A stretch of 64,000 nt of DNA from Syntrophorhabdaceae bacterium (GTDB lineage Bacteria; Desulfobacterota; Syntrophorhabdia; Syntrophorhabdales; Syntrophorhabdaceae), in assembly GCA_963666485.2 (NCBI GenBank), contig CAXXUO010000004.1, positions 237,195 to 301,194 of the forward strand, given 5' to 3'. Positions 39,316 through 47,911 of this stretch are shown here, in pieces. Position numbers and translations under genes: made by a program. Numbering within the stretch: position 1 is the first letter of the stretch; every line of letters begins with the position of its first letter. Below the pieces are notes generated by a model that saw only the letters and a program-made list of their open reading frames with translations, had not been told where the DNA came from and did not search any database.

Positions 39316-40656
39316 TTATGAACCCAGGTTTTTCAGATATGCCGGTATATGCGCCGCTTCTCTCGGCCCTATGAGGATCTTCCAACCTTTGAGCTCTTCC
39401 TCAAGGTCTCCAAGAATTGCGGCTGCGTATCCCGGGATGATGAGATCACGGTGCTTTATATTGTTCTCGATACCCGATTTCTTGATAAATGACCCGACAA
39501 GGTCGCCGACGAATTTCCCGGCGGCCCACGCGGTCATGACCGAGAGGCCCTCCGTGTCCATTATGGCCAGCCAGCTGGGCACACGGGAGTTCTCGATCTC
39601 ACCGCTCACGATGAAATATGTGAGCGAGAAATTGCAGGTGACGAGCACGGGAGAATTTTCATCCGGGTTGTTTATAGGGTATATACCCTCCTTCGTCGTC
39701 ATGGGACGCTGCGGATCGGTGTAGATATTGAGGCGCTGGAGAAGGAGCGGGAATATCATCTCTCCGGTGATATCGCTCACAATGATTATCCCTGCATACT
39801 TGGCAACAAAAAGGGACGCTATGACGATCTCCTTCATCGGGTCCGCCGTCATTTCGCAGGGAAACGTTATCGTGGGGAATCCGAGCGGCTTGAATTTCGC
39901 TGTCAGGGCCGCCCGCCGTATCGCCACCTGGTCAATGAAAGCATCTTTGACCTTTCGGGTCGACGTGTCTATCACGAGGTCCTTCAGGCCCATGGCGATC
40001 AATTTTTCCGTCAATGCGGCAACCTCGTCGAACCCGTTGCCTGCGACAGCGAGCGGCAGGGAATATTCTTTCGCGAGCGCGCCGAACGCCTCGTAATTGC
40101 CGGGACGCGCCGCGTAGATGAGCGGTTTCTTGTTCTTCAGGACCTCGAGGGCTTCCTTCATCACCACGGCATCATCGCACATGACTACGACCGAACAGGG
40201 GCGGACCGAAGCACTCTTTGCAATGGTCAGGAACCTGTCCCTGTTGCCCGTGAAGCGGATGGCGGCAATCTCGGGCTTCATCAACACCCCGACCCTCTCG
40301 TACTGGAAATACTCGAGTGCCCCAAGGCGCCTGTCGATTTCACCGTCATCCATCGTATCCGTGATCAGGACCCCGATGCCCGGCTTGTTGAAGAACGTCT
40401 TTTCATGGCGAAACAGGACCGTCTCACCTCCGATCTTGACGGCATAGTCATCGACGCCGATCGACAACTGCCGGATGGGAGGAGCGCTTGCATCCGACAA
40501 CTCGCTCCTCGCCGCGTCAGAGACATGCGGGCAGAGGTCGAGCTCTGTTTTTCCCGCAGCAAGCGCCATGGCAAAGGCAAGGCACGTCGGGAACTTGCAC
40601 TCGCCGCAATTCGTCTTGGGAAGAAGCTTCAAGATCTGGATCCCGGTTAAAGCCAT
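39316..40656 (-). CDS. acsC: Corrinoid iron-sulfur protein large subunit
   Basis: LPKTNCGECKFPTCLAFA..CP, LFRHEKTF, IYTDPQ, NFSLTY, TAWAAGKF and GPREA. Confidence 0.97.
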   Translation of the reverse strand: MALTGIQILKLLPKTNCGECKFPTCLAFAMALAAGKTELDLCPHVSDAARSELSDASAPPIRQLSIGVDDYAVKIGGETVLFRHEKTFFNKPGIGVLITDTMDDGEIDRRLGALEYFQYERVGVLMKPEIAAIRFTGNRDRFLTIAKSASVRPCSVVVMCDDAVVMKEALEVLKNKKPLIYAARPGNYEAFGALAKEYSLPLAVAGNGFDEVAALTEKLIAMGLKDLVIDTSTRKVKDAFIDQVAIRRAALTAKFKPLGFPTITFPCEMTADPMKEIVIASLFVAKYAGIIIVSDITGEMIFPLLLQRLNIYTDPQRPMTTKEGIYPINNPDENSPVLVTCNFSLTYFIVSGEIENSRVPSWLAIMDTEGLSVMTAWAAGKFVGDLVGSFIKKSGIENNIKHRDLIIPGYAAAILGDLEEELKGWKILIGPREAAHIPAYLKNLGS

Positions 40657-40672
40657 ATCATCTCCTTTGATA

Positions 40673-40746
40673 ATAGGCTATGGGCGATAGGCAATGGGCA
40701 ATGGGGGGGACTTCCCTTATCGCCTATCGCCTATCGCCTATCGCCT
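40673..40746. repeat. Inverted heptamer arms (RGGCNAT)4 ... (ATCGCCT)4 between acsB and acsC
   Basis: Left arm 40675-40702, right arm 40719-40746. Confidence 0.88.
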
Positions 40747-40749
40747 GCT

Positions 40750-42960
40750 TTATGACAACAAATCTTCCATCCCCAAACACGGATGCCCTTTTTCCGTTAT
40801 GTACTCCAGCACTTCATCTTCTGTCTTTGCGACCGTTTCATCCGCGATCATATCGGGGAGGTCGGGATATCCCAGTTCCTCTCCGCGTTTCTTGAGCCGG
40901 TCATATATCTCGTCCTTGAGGCGTTTCGGCATCCATGCGATGCGTAATAATCCGCCGTCGCCGCTCAAGAATTTCTTTTGCGTGATGTTGTACTTGCTGT
41001 GGCCGAGGAATCCGGGCACCTGCGCACCGCCGCCGACCGAACCTGCGAGGCTCGTGAACTTCATGCCGCACGGTGTCATGTCGGTAAAATCCCTGTCAAC
41101 GGTCATAATGGCGTTGCACATGGGCAGGATGGCGGCTATGCACTCACAGCAGCCGCACGTCGTCATGGGGTCGACCATGAGACTGTAGAGGCTCACATTC
41201 TCCACCTTCTGACGCGACGCCTTCCGGATGTACTCGTTGCACCCGCGGAACTGGCCGTACCGCTCGTCGATGGTCGCCCCTTTCTGTATCGGCTGATTCG
41301 GCCCTTCCGGATTTATCTCGTATGCCGCGCGGCAATCGAGCCAGTTGTATGCCCCGCACAGGCCCGTCCGCTCGGGGCTTATCACGCAGACGTGGTTCGG
41401 TGCGAACGATTGGCACAGGATGCACGAGTAGAATGTCTCGACGCTCTCGTCCGTCATGCCCTCGATACGGGCGTCCCGGTGGGCGTAGGCCGCCCGGGCT
41501 GTGTCAAGGACCTCCCGTACTTTTGACTCGTCGGTATATATCTTTACCTGGACCTTGTCGAATATCGCACCGAAATCCTGGTGGTATTTCGCATGAATGA
41601 TCTTCCCTATGTCCTTGAGGGTGAATCCCTTCTCCACGGCCTGGCGCGATACCCTGATCCACGCGATATCCCTCTGCCCGATATGCATGACCCCCTGGGC
41701 CTGGTTGATCAGGTGGTGGTTCTGGCGCTCGAGGATCGGCTCGAAATCCTCCTGGAAATTCCGGCCCGCAACCTCGGCGACCATTGCAAAATGCAGCCGC
41801 GAGCCGGCGGTGATGTCGGACACATCGGGGCCGATGATCTCTATCCTCCCGTCCTCCACCTCGTCCATATTCTTCGATGTTGTCAGCTCGACCGCGATGG
41901 TCCTGCCGCCGCCCATCTCAAGGTAGATGTCCTCGCCGCGGACACGTTCCCCTTCGAATGCCGGCCCGTACGACACGGGGATGGGCACCTTTGCGACCTG
42001 GACCTTTAAGCCGCGTATCTCCACAGCCTTCTGCACGATCTGGTCGTGCGGTATGTTCGACACCACATGTTCGTACGTGCAGATGCCCGTCGGGAGCACC
42101 TGCGGTATCGGGGTGTCCGCGATCGCGGGGAAACCCCAGTTGATGGCCCCTGCGGCATTCGCGTACCATTCATCCGTCACATCACCGAGCGCGAGAACGA
42201 AGGCATATGTGCGATCTTTGTTGTATATGAGATTCCGTCTAAAATCACCCGGGCGTACACCGCCAAATGCCATCGCGACACGGCAGGCAAACCCGATGGC
42301 GAACACGGCCTGGTAGATGTCGGGGCCGAACGGGACGAGGCGCGTAGGCCAGCCTATCTGGACACCGGCCTCTATCAGCTGGTCCGAGAACCTGACGCCG
42401 TTATTCTCACCACACATGAACACATACAGGTTTTTTTCCTGCAATTCGAGCGCGATCTTTGCGGCGGTCGCCGGGTCCGGTGCGGCACCGACAATTGCCG
42501 CGAACCCGGGCGCGGTCCCGTCAACGAATTCAACGCCCCTCTTCCTGAATATGACGTCATTGGCTGCACCGAGCCATTTTTTCCCATTACCGAGTTCCTC
42601 GGCGTCAGCCGCATACCGGTCGGGTTCTTCGAGGTAGCGTACCGCCTCGATGACCTCTTCCGCGAAAAAAGTCGCCATGCCCGCATCGAGTGCCGGGGCG
42701 AGATACGGCAGCGGCGTTATTTCCCTCACGGGAGGCGGGATAAGCCGGCCGCACAGGTCGAGGACCTTTTCCACGTCCCTGATCCGGGATACCGCGATCC
42801 CCGTCATCGAGTATATGATCGGCAGGTAATACGCCGTATTGGGAAACCCGATCTCCTGGTCCGGCCCGTATTTTTCAAGGGCATTCTTATACGTTTGCCG
42901 TGCATCGTCAAATATTTTCCGGGCGCCGCGAATTGCGGCAGATGCAATTATTTTTGACAT
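40750..42960 (-). CDS. acsB: Acetyl-CoA synthase
   Basis: FPNTAYYLP and FEGERVR; A-cluster ligands SCILCQSFAPNHVC, GLCGA and PMTTCGCCEC. Confidence 0.97.
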   Translation of the reverse strand: MSKIIASAAIRGARKIFDDARQTYKNALEKYGPDQEIGFPNTAYYLPIIYSMTGIAVSRIRDVEKVLDLCGRLIPPPVREITPLPYLAPALDAGMATFFAEEVIEAVRYLEEPDRYAADAEELGNGKKWLGAANDVIFRKRGVEFVDGTAPGFAAIVGAAPDPATAAKIALELQEKNLYVFMCGENNGVRFSDQLIEAGVQIGWPTRLVPFGPDIYQAVFAIGFACRVAMAFGGVRPGDFRRNLIYNKDRTYAFVLALGDVTDEWYANAAGAINWGFPAIADTPIPQVLPTGICTYEHVVSNIPHDQIVQKAVEIRGLKVQVAKVPIPVSYGPAFEGERVRGEDIYLEMGGGRTIAVELTTSKNMDEVEDGRIEIIGPDVSDITAGSRLHFAMVAEVAGRNFQEDFEPILERQNHHLINQAQGVMHIGQRDIAWIRVSRQAVEKGFTLKDIGKIIHAKYHQDFGAIFDKVQVKIYTDESKVREVLDTARAAYAHRDARIEGMTDESVETFYSCILCQSFAPNHVCVISPERTGLCGAYNWLDCRAAYEINPEGPNQPIQKGATIDERYGQFRGCNEYIRKASRQKVENVSLYSLMVDPMTTCGCCECIAAILPMCNAIMTVDRDFTDMTPCGMKFTSLAGSVGGGAQVPGFLGHSKYNITQKKFLSGDGGLLRIAWMPKRLKDEIYDRLKKRGEELGYPDLPDMIADETVAKTEDEVLEYITEKGHPCLGMEDLLS

Positions 42961-42963
42961 TCT

Positions 42964-44910
42964 TTACTCCATAGCCCTTCTCATTGCCATGTCGTACAGC
43001 ACGCGATCACGTGCTTTATCTATACCGAGCGCTTTTCGCTTCTTGTCTATATGGGCGATCATGAGATGCGCCGCTTTGATCGGGTCCGGTTCAAACGCCC
43101 ACATTCCCTTGTATATGTCCTCGTATTCCTCGAACAGGTGCCGGGTCACGTTCTCGCTTCCCATCGTCGGCCACGTCGTGCCAAAAACGGTAAAGACGCC
43201 CGAGGCGACGAAATACTGACCGATGGCGAGCGCTTTTTCGCTCATCCATTCAGGGGCCGCCCCTGCGACCGGCAGGTCGGACAGGTCTTCCCCGAGACCG
43301 CCTTCCTTGACCATTGCCGTTGCCGCAATGAGTATCCGGGAATTGTCGACACAGGCACCCATGTGCAGGACCGGCGGAATGCCAATGGCTTCGCACACCT
43401 CGGCGAGCCCCGAGCCCGCGTACATCCTGGCAGCTTCAGGCGTTAAAAGCCGCGCCTTGCCGCATGCCATGGCACTGCATCCCGTTGACAGGACGAGAAC
43501 ATCATTCTTGATGAGCTCTGTGATCATAGCAAGATGCGCCGCGTCATGCTGCGTGCGGACATTGTTGCATCCCACGACGCCGGCCACGCCGCGTATGCGG
43601 CCGTTGGCTATGTTGTCGTTGAGAGGCCGGTAACTGGCGCGGAAAAGCCCTCCCAGGAGATAGGTGATCGTCTCGTGGCTGAAGCCGGCTATCATATCCT
43701 GTTTCTCGGCCGGGATGTGCACCGGGCCGCGCCTGCTCGGATAGTTCTCTATGGCCATCCTGAGGATGCGCTTTGCCGTCTCCAGGCCTTTTTCAGGATG
43801 GAACTCGATATGTTCCGCGCCTTCGATCATCGCGCGGTCGGATGTCGTGATCAGTTTCGTGTGGAAACATTCGGCCACGTTTGCGAGCCCCTGCATCTGG
43901 CACTGGACATCGACGGTCATCAGTTCCACGGCGCCCGTGATAAGCGCCAATTCCTGCTGGAGGAAGTTCCCCGCGCACGGTATCCCGTGGCGCATGAGGA
44001 CCTCGTTCGCACTGCAGCACATTCCCGCGAGGTTAATCCCTTTGGCGCCCGTTTTCTCGGCAAGCTCCTTGATGGCCGGATCGCGGCTCGCCACGACCAG
44101 CATCTCCGGCAGGAGCGGCTCGTGGCCGTGGACCACGATATTGACATGGTCTTCTTTCAGGACACCCAAGTTTATCGAACCGAGCACCGGGACCGGCGTG
44201 CCGAACATGATGTCCTGGAGCTCCGTCGATATCATCGAACCGCCCCAGCCGTCGGCGAGGGCCGCGCGCGTCGCCTGCTGAAGGATATGATGGTAGTCCT
44301 GGTCAACACCCATGTGCGTGCGGTGCATGACCTCGACGACCTCCCGGTCAATGCCGCGGGGCATCACATTCTGTTTTCTCCACAATTCCTGCCTGGCGAG
44401 CGGCGCTTTTCCTGTGAAGATCAGCTCGCCTCCCTGCTTGCCGAACTCGCTGAGCGCCTTCTCACCGAGTTCTACTGCTATATCTTTTACTTCCCGCTTT
44501 TCGATGTCGATCCCGAAATCGAGGGCGACCTCGAAGAGCTTTATCTCGTCTTTTATCGAGAAATCCTGGGTCTCGCCCTTAGCGGCCATGAGAAACGTCC
44601 GCGCAACCTCCCGGGCATGGTCCGAGTGGGATGCAGAGCCGGCCGCGATCTTCCGGGCGAAGTTGCGGGCAACCACCGTATCGACCGTCGCCCCGCACAC
44701 ACCGGCACGCTGTTTTACGTCGCTTTTCTTTGAACGGGGCAGCCTGCACGGGCCCATCGAGCAGACCTTGCAGCAGCTTTCCTCGACACCGATCGGGCAC
44801 GGCTTGAGTTCATCGGCCCGGGAGAAAACCGTGGGGATATCTTCCCGCACCGCCTTGTCGATCATCTCCGCCGACGCCCTGTCGACGCTTTTTTCCTTGC
44901 CATCGGCCAT
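42964..44910 (-). CDS. cooS: Anaerobic Ni-Fe carbon monoxide dehydrogenase catalytic subunit (AcsA/CooS)
   Basis: CPIG..CCKVCSMGPC..CG; HSDH; C-cluster ligands in HGHEP, CCSANE, DVQC, GCNN, TGC and GACVDN; SEKA. Confidence 0.97.
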   Translation of the reverse strand: MADGKEKSVDRASAEMIDKAVREDIPTVFSRADELKPCPIGVEESCCKVCSMGPCRLPRSKKSDVKQRAGVCGATVDTVVARNFARKIAAGSASHSDHAREVARTFLMAAKGETQDFSIKDEIKLFEVALDFGIDIEKREVKDIAVELGEKALSEFGKQGGELIFTGKAPLARQELWRKQNVMPRGIDREVVEVMHRTHMGVDQDYHHILQQATRAALADGWGGSMISTELQDIMFGTPVPVLGSINLGVLKEDHVNIVVHGHEPLLPEMLVVASRDPAIKELAEKTGAKGINLAGMCCSANEVLMRHGIPCAGNFLQQELALITGAVELMTVDVQCQMQGLANVAECFHTKLITTSDRAMIEGAEHIEFHPEKGLETAKRILRMAIENYPSRRGPVHIPAEKQDMIAGFSHETITYLLGGLFRASYRPLNDNIANGRIRGVAGVVGCNNVRTQHDAAHLAMITELIKNDVLVLSTGCSAMACGKARLLTPEAARMYAGSGLAEVCEAIGIPPVLHMGACVDNSRILIAATAMVKEGGLGEDLSDLPVAGAAPEWMSEKALAIGQYFVASGVFTVFGTTWPTMGSENVTRHLFEEYEDIYKGMWAFEPDPIKAAHLMIAHIDKKRKALGIDKARDRVLYDMAMRRAME

Positions 44911-44922
44911 TGATTCTCCTTC

Positions 44923-45867
44923 TTAAGAGCAGAGCTCCCCGATCATATCCTTCACAAGGGACACGCTGTCCGGGTGGCGCATGACCACGATATCCGCCCC
45001 CGCCACGAGGAGCGTCATCGCCGTCACGGCTTCCATGAGGACCGAGCGCTTCCTCTCGTCCCCGAGCTTCGGGTCATCGTCTTTTGTCAGGCGCGTCTCC
45101 CGCGTCTTCCAGACCTCCGGCGCAAGGTTGCAGATAATGGGGAACTGGAGCTTCGCGTCTTCCTGCGTGAGTGCCGCCATCCGGTCACGCTCTATGACCG
45201 AGTATGTATATTCGAGTCCGTAACCGAGCCCTCCGGTTGTCGGGTCTATCAGAACCTTTTCCTCGCTGACGCCAAGATTGGTGAGCAGTATGTTGAGCTG
45301 TTTCGCGAGATTGACGTCTATCGGGGACGACGCCATGACGACCTGTCCGTAACCGATCGCCGTTGCACCGACCTGCTTGTAGTTTTTGTCCGACACCGGG
45401 CCGACTGCCACGTTCCTGCCTTCAGTGATCTCCGCTACCCTGCGCAGAAGTTCCGCGTCCTTATCATCGTTCGCCGTTCCCCAGACGAGCAGGGGAACAT
45501 CAATCGCGTCTGAAACCTTTTTCACGACTGCGACAACATCGTCGACAGGTTTGTTCTCGCCGTTCGGGTCGGCGCTTTTCAGCTGCAGGACGATCATCCG
45601 GGCCCCGTACGTTTCAATACATTTCTTCGCCCACAGGACCGGATCGTGAATAACATCCCGGAACGGCTCGATCGCCCATTCCTGCCACTCCCCGGGGGCG
45701 CTGTCCCAGACCTCGAAGGCAACCTCAGGAGGATTCGGCATCTCGCCTTCGAAACGATAGAACGGGTAACAGCCGGCACCGCCGACCGTGACGGCCTTCG
45801 GCCCGGACCCCACAACAACCTCCCGGATCCGCCCTGTATATTTCACCCTGGGAATTTCAAACGCCAT
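44923..45867 (-). CDS. acsD: Corrinoid iron-sulfur protein small subunit
   Basis: SPIDVNLAKQLN, DPTTGGLGYGLEYTYS..ER and GADIVVMRHP. Confidence 0.96.
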   Translation of the reverse strand: MAFEIPRVKYTGRIREVVVGSGPKAVTVGGAGCYPFYRFEGEMPNPPEVAFEVWDSAPGEWQEWAIEPFRDVIHDPVLWAKKCIETYGARMIVLQLKSADPNGENKPVDDVVAVVKKVSDAIDVPLLVWGTANDDKDAELLRRVAEITEGRNVAVGPVSDKNYKQVGATAIGYGQVVMASSPIDVNLAKQLNILLTNLGVSEEKVLIDPTTGGLGYGLEYTYSVIERDRMAALTQEDAKLQFPIICNLAPEVWKTRETRLTKDDDPKLGDERKRSVLMEAVTAMTLLVAGADIVVMRHPDSVSLVKDMIGELCS

Positions 45868-45902
45868 CTTTTCCTCCCCTTTCCCGGAACTTTACGTGCC
45901 TG

Positions 45903-46118
45903 TCAGGCTTCCTGTTTTCTCTTTTCGCTGCCATACCAGTCGCTGTTATACCAATAGCGCATGGCGGTGCGTATGAACCCGAGCCTCTCGTCGCGCGATG
46001 CAAGCTTTCCGCGCCAGTCCGCGCTTTCATCGGGTTTGCCTTCTTCATATGTCGCGCCGAGGACCTTCACCTTCTTCCCCGAAAAATCTTCCTTTTCCTC
46101 ATAGGAGTACCTATTCAT
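45903..46118 (-). CDS. Uncharacterised 71-aa protein inside the acs operon
   Basis: Fills the folD-acsD gap on the operon strand; ATG 7 nt after the folD stop; aromatic-rich RYWYNSDWYGSEKRK end. Confidence 0.75.
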   Translation of the reverse strand: MNRYSYEEKEDFSGKKVKVLGATYEEGKPDESADWRGKLASRDERLGFIRTAMRYWYNSDWYGSEKRKQEA

Positions 46119-46125
46119 ATCACAT

Positions 46126-47010
46126 CTATCCTTTTGCGGCCAACTCAGCCGCCTTGAGCGTATTCTGCATGAGCATCGTGATCGTCATCGGCCCGACCCC
46201 GCCGGGGACCGGCGTGATCACGGACGCCTTTTCCTTTACGGCCTCAAAATCGACATCCCCGCAGAGTTTCGCCTTGCCCTCGGGGGTCATGCCGATCCTG
46301 TTGACGCCGACATCGATCACGACCGCCCCGTCCTTCACCATGTCCGCGGTGATCGCCTTCGCCCTGCCGGCCGCAACGATAAGGATGTCGGCCTTCGTCG
46401 TATGCGATGCAAGGTCGCGCGTTGCCGTGTGACACATTGTCACCGTGGCGTTCGCACCGGCCTCCTTCTGGACGAGCATCATCGAAATGGGTTTGCCCAC
46501 GAGATTGCTGCGCCCCACAACGACGACCTCCGCACCCTTCGTCTCGATGCCGGCTATTGCGAGCAATTCCCTGATGCCGAACGGCGTGCAGGGGTAGAAC
46601 CGTGCCTGACCGATCATGAGCCTTCCCAGGTTCGTCGGGTGCAGGCCGTCCACGTCCTTATCCGGATCGATCGCGTTGAGGACGCGGGTCTCATTGATAT
46701 GCGCGGGCAGCGGAAGCTGCACCAGGATTCCGTGGATCTTCGGGTCCTTATTGTAGCGTTCGACAAGCCGCACAAGGTCGTCTTCGGTGATATTCCCGGG
46801 CTGGTCATCCTGCACGGAATAGAACCCCAGTTCTTTAGCCGTCTTCTGCTTGCCGGTGACGTAGCTTACCGAGGCAGGGTTGTTGCCGACGAGGATCGTG
46901 ACGAGCCCCGGGGTGACCCCGTGGGCATCGCGCAATGCGATCACGTCCCGCGCTATCCTCTCGCGAACCAGTTTTGCCGTTTCAGTTCCGCTTATGATCC
47001 TTGCCGTCAT
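46126..47010 (-). CDS. folD: Methylene-THF dehydrogenase/methenyl-THF cyclohydrolase
   Basis: SYVTGK, GILVQLPLP, KDVDG, PCTP, GRSNLVGKP, DVGVN and TPVPGGVGPMT. Confidence 0.98.
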   Translation of the reverse strand: MTARIISGTETAKLVRERIARDVIALRDAHGVTPGLVTILVGNNPASVSYVTGKQKTAKELGFYSVQDDQPGNITEDDLVRLVERYNKDPKIHGILVQLPLPAHINETRVLNAIDPDKDVDGLHPTNLGRLMIGQARFYPCTPFGIRELLAIAGIETKGAEVVVVGRSNLVGKPISMMLVQKEAGANATVTMCHTATRDLASHTTKADILIVAAGRAKAITADMVKDGAVVIDVGVNRIGMTPEGKAKLCGDVDFEAVKEKASVITPVPGGVGPMTITMLMQNTLKAAELAAKG

Positions 47011-47762
47011 ATCTCTCCTATTGTCTTACGAAAGACCGCGTAAGCATCTTTTAAGGCGTCGGATGCGCGATCGAGCTGAAATATGGAATTCCCCGCCGAG
47101 TCGTTCTCCATGAGAAGATCATCATTCATGATGGTCCCCGTTATCGCAACCGACCTTTCCCCGGCCGCACGCAGCAACGCCTCTTTATTGCGAGCATCGA
47201 CACGATTCACGATGACCTCGGTCTTCCCGATCGTGAGCCCGAGTTCGCCGATGATGGACAGGATACGGGACACCGTGAGGATTCCCCGCGGCGTCGGGTC
47301 CGACACAACATAGAGGACGTCGACATCCTGCGTGACGAGCCTGCTCATGTGCTCCATACCCGCCTCGTTATCGACGACAACAAAAGGGTAATTCGACTTA
47401 AGGGCGTCGATGTATTTCTTCGCAAGGCTGTTTGCAGCGCAATAGCACCCCGGCCCTTCCGGCCGCCCCATTACCAGGAGATCGAAACCCTTCGCCTCGA
47501 TCACGGCCTCCTGCACCTTGTACTCGACCCAGGTGTCCTTGGCCATGCCCGCCGGAACGTCCTTCTTCAGGTCTTCGCGCGCCTGGCCTATCGTTGAGAG
47601 CACGGAAACACCGAGTATCTCGTTGAGGTTGGAGTTGGGATCGGCGTCCACGGCAAGGATGGGACCCTTCTTTACCTCTTCGATAAGGTACCGGACCAGC
47701 ATCCCGCCGAGCGTCGTCTTGCCTACCCCGCCTTTACCGGCAAAAGCGAAAACGCGGGTCAT
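47007..47762 (-). CDS. cooC: CooC/AcsF Ni-insertion ATPase
   Basis: GKGGVGKTT, DADPN, GPGCYC and DNEAGMEH. Confidence 0.93.
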   Translation of the reverse strand: MTRVFAFAGKGGVGKTTLGGMLVRYLIEEVKKGPILAVDADPNSNLNEILGVSVLSTIGQAREDLKKDVPAGMAKDTWVEYKVQEAVIEAKGFDLLVMGRPEGPGCYCAANSLAKKYIDALKSNYPFVVVDNEAGMEHMSRLVTQDVDVLYVVSDPTPRGILTVSRILSIIGELGLTIGKTEVIVNRVDARNKEALLRAAGERSVAITGTIMNDDLLMENDSAGNSIFQLDRASDALKDAYAVFRKTIGEI

Positions 47763-47772
47763 AAAGAACCCC

Positions 47773-47911
47773 GGGCGATGGGCGATGGGCGATGGGCGAT
47801 GGGAAAAACAAAAAACAAATTATCGATATTCTTTACCCCATTGCCCATTGCCCATCGCCTATCGCCTTCTATTTTTTTCCTCTTGCCCATTGCCTATCGC
47901 CCATCGCCTAT
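47773..47911. repeat. Heptamer arms (GGGCGAT)4 ... two (ATYGCCY) arrays, the last overlapping the acsV stop
   Basis: Arrays at 47773-47803, 47837-47867 and about 47884-47911. Confidence 0.88.

Noticed and set aside
40680..41188. ORFs starting in heptamer arrays (also 47778-48064, 39299-39724, 57912-58109, 62550-62930, 15200-15436)
   Set aside because: The peptides (LSPIAYR, FKVQSS and similar) are translations of the repeats and lie antisense to or between real genes.
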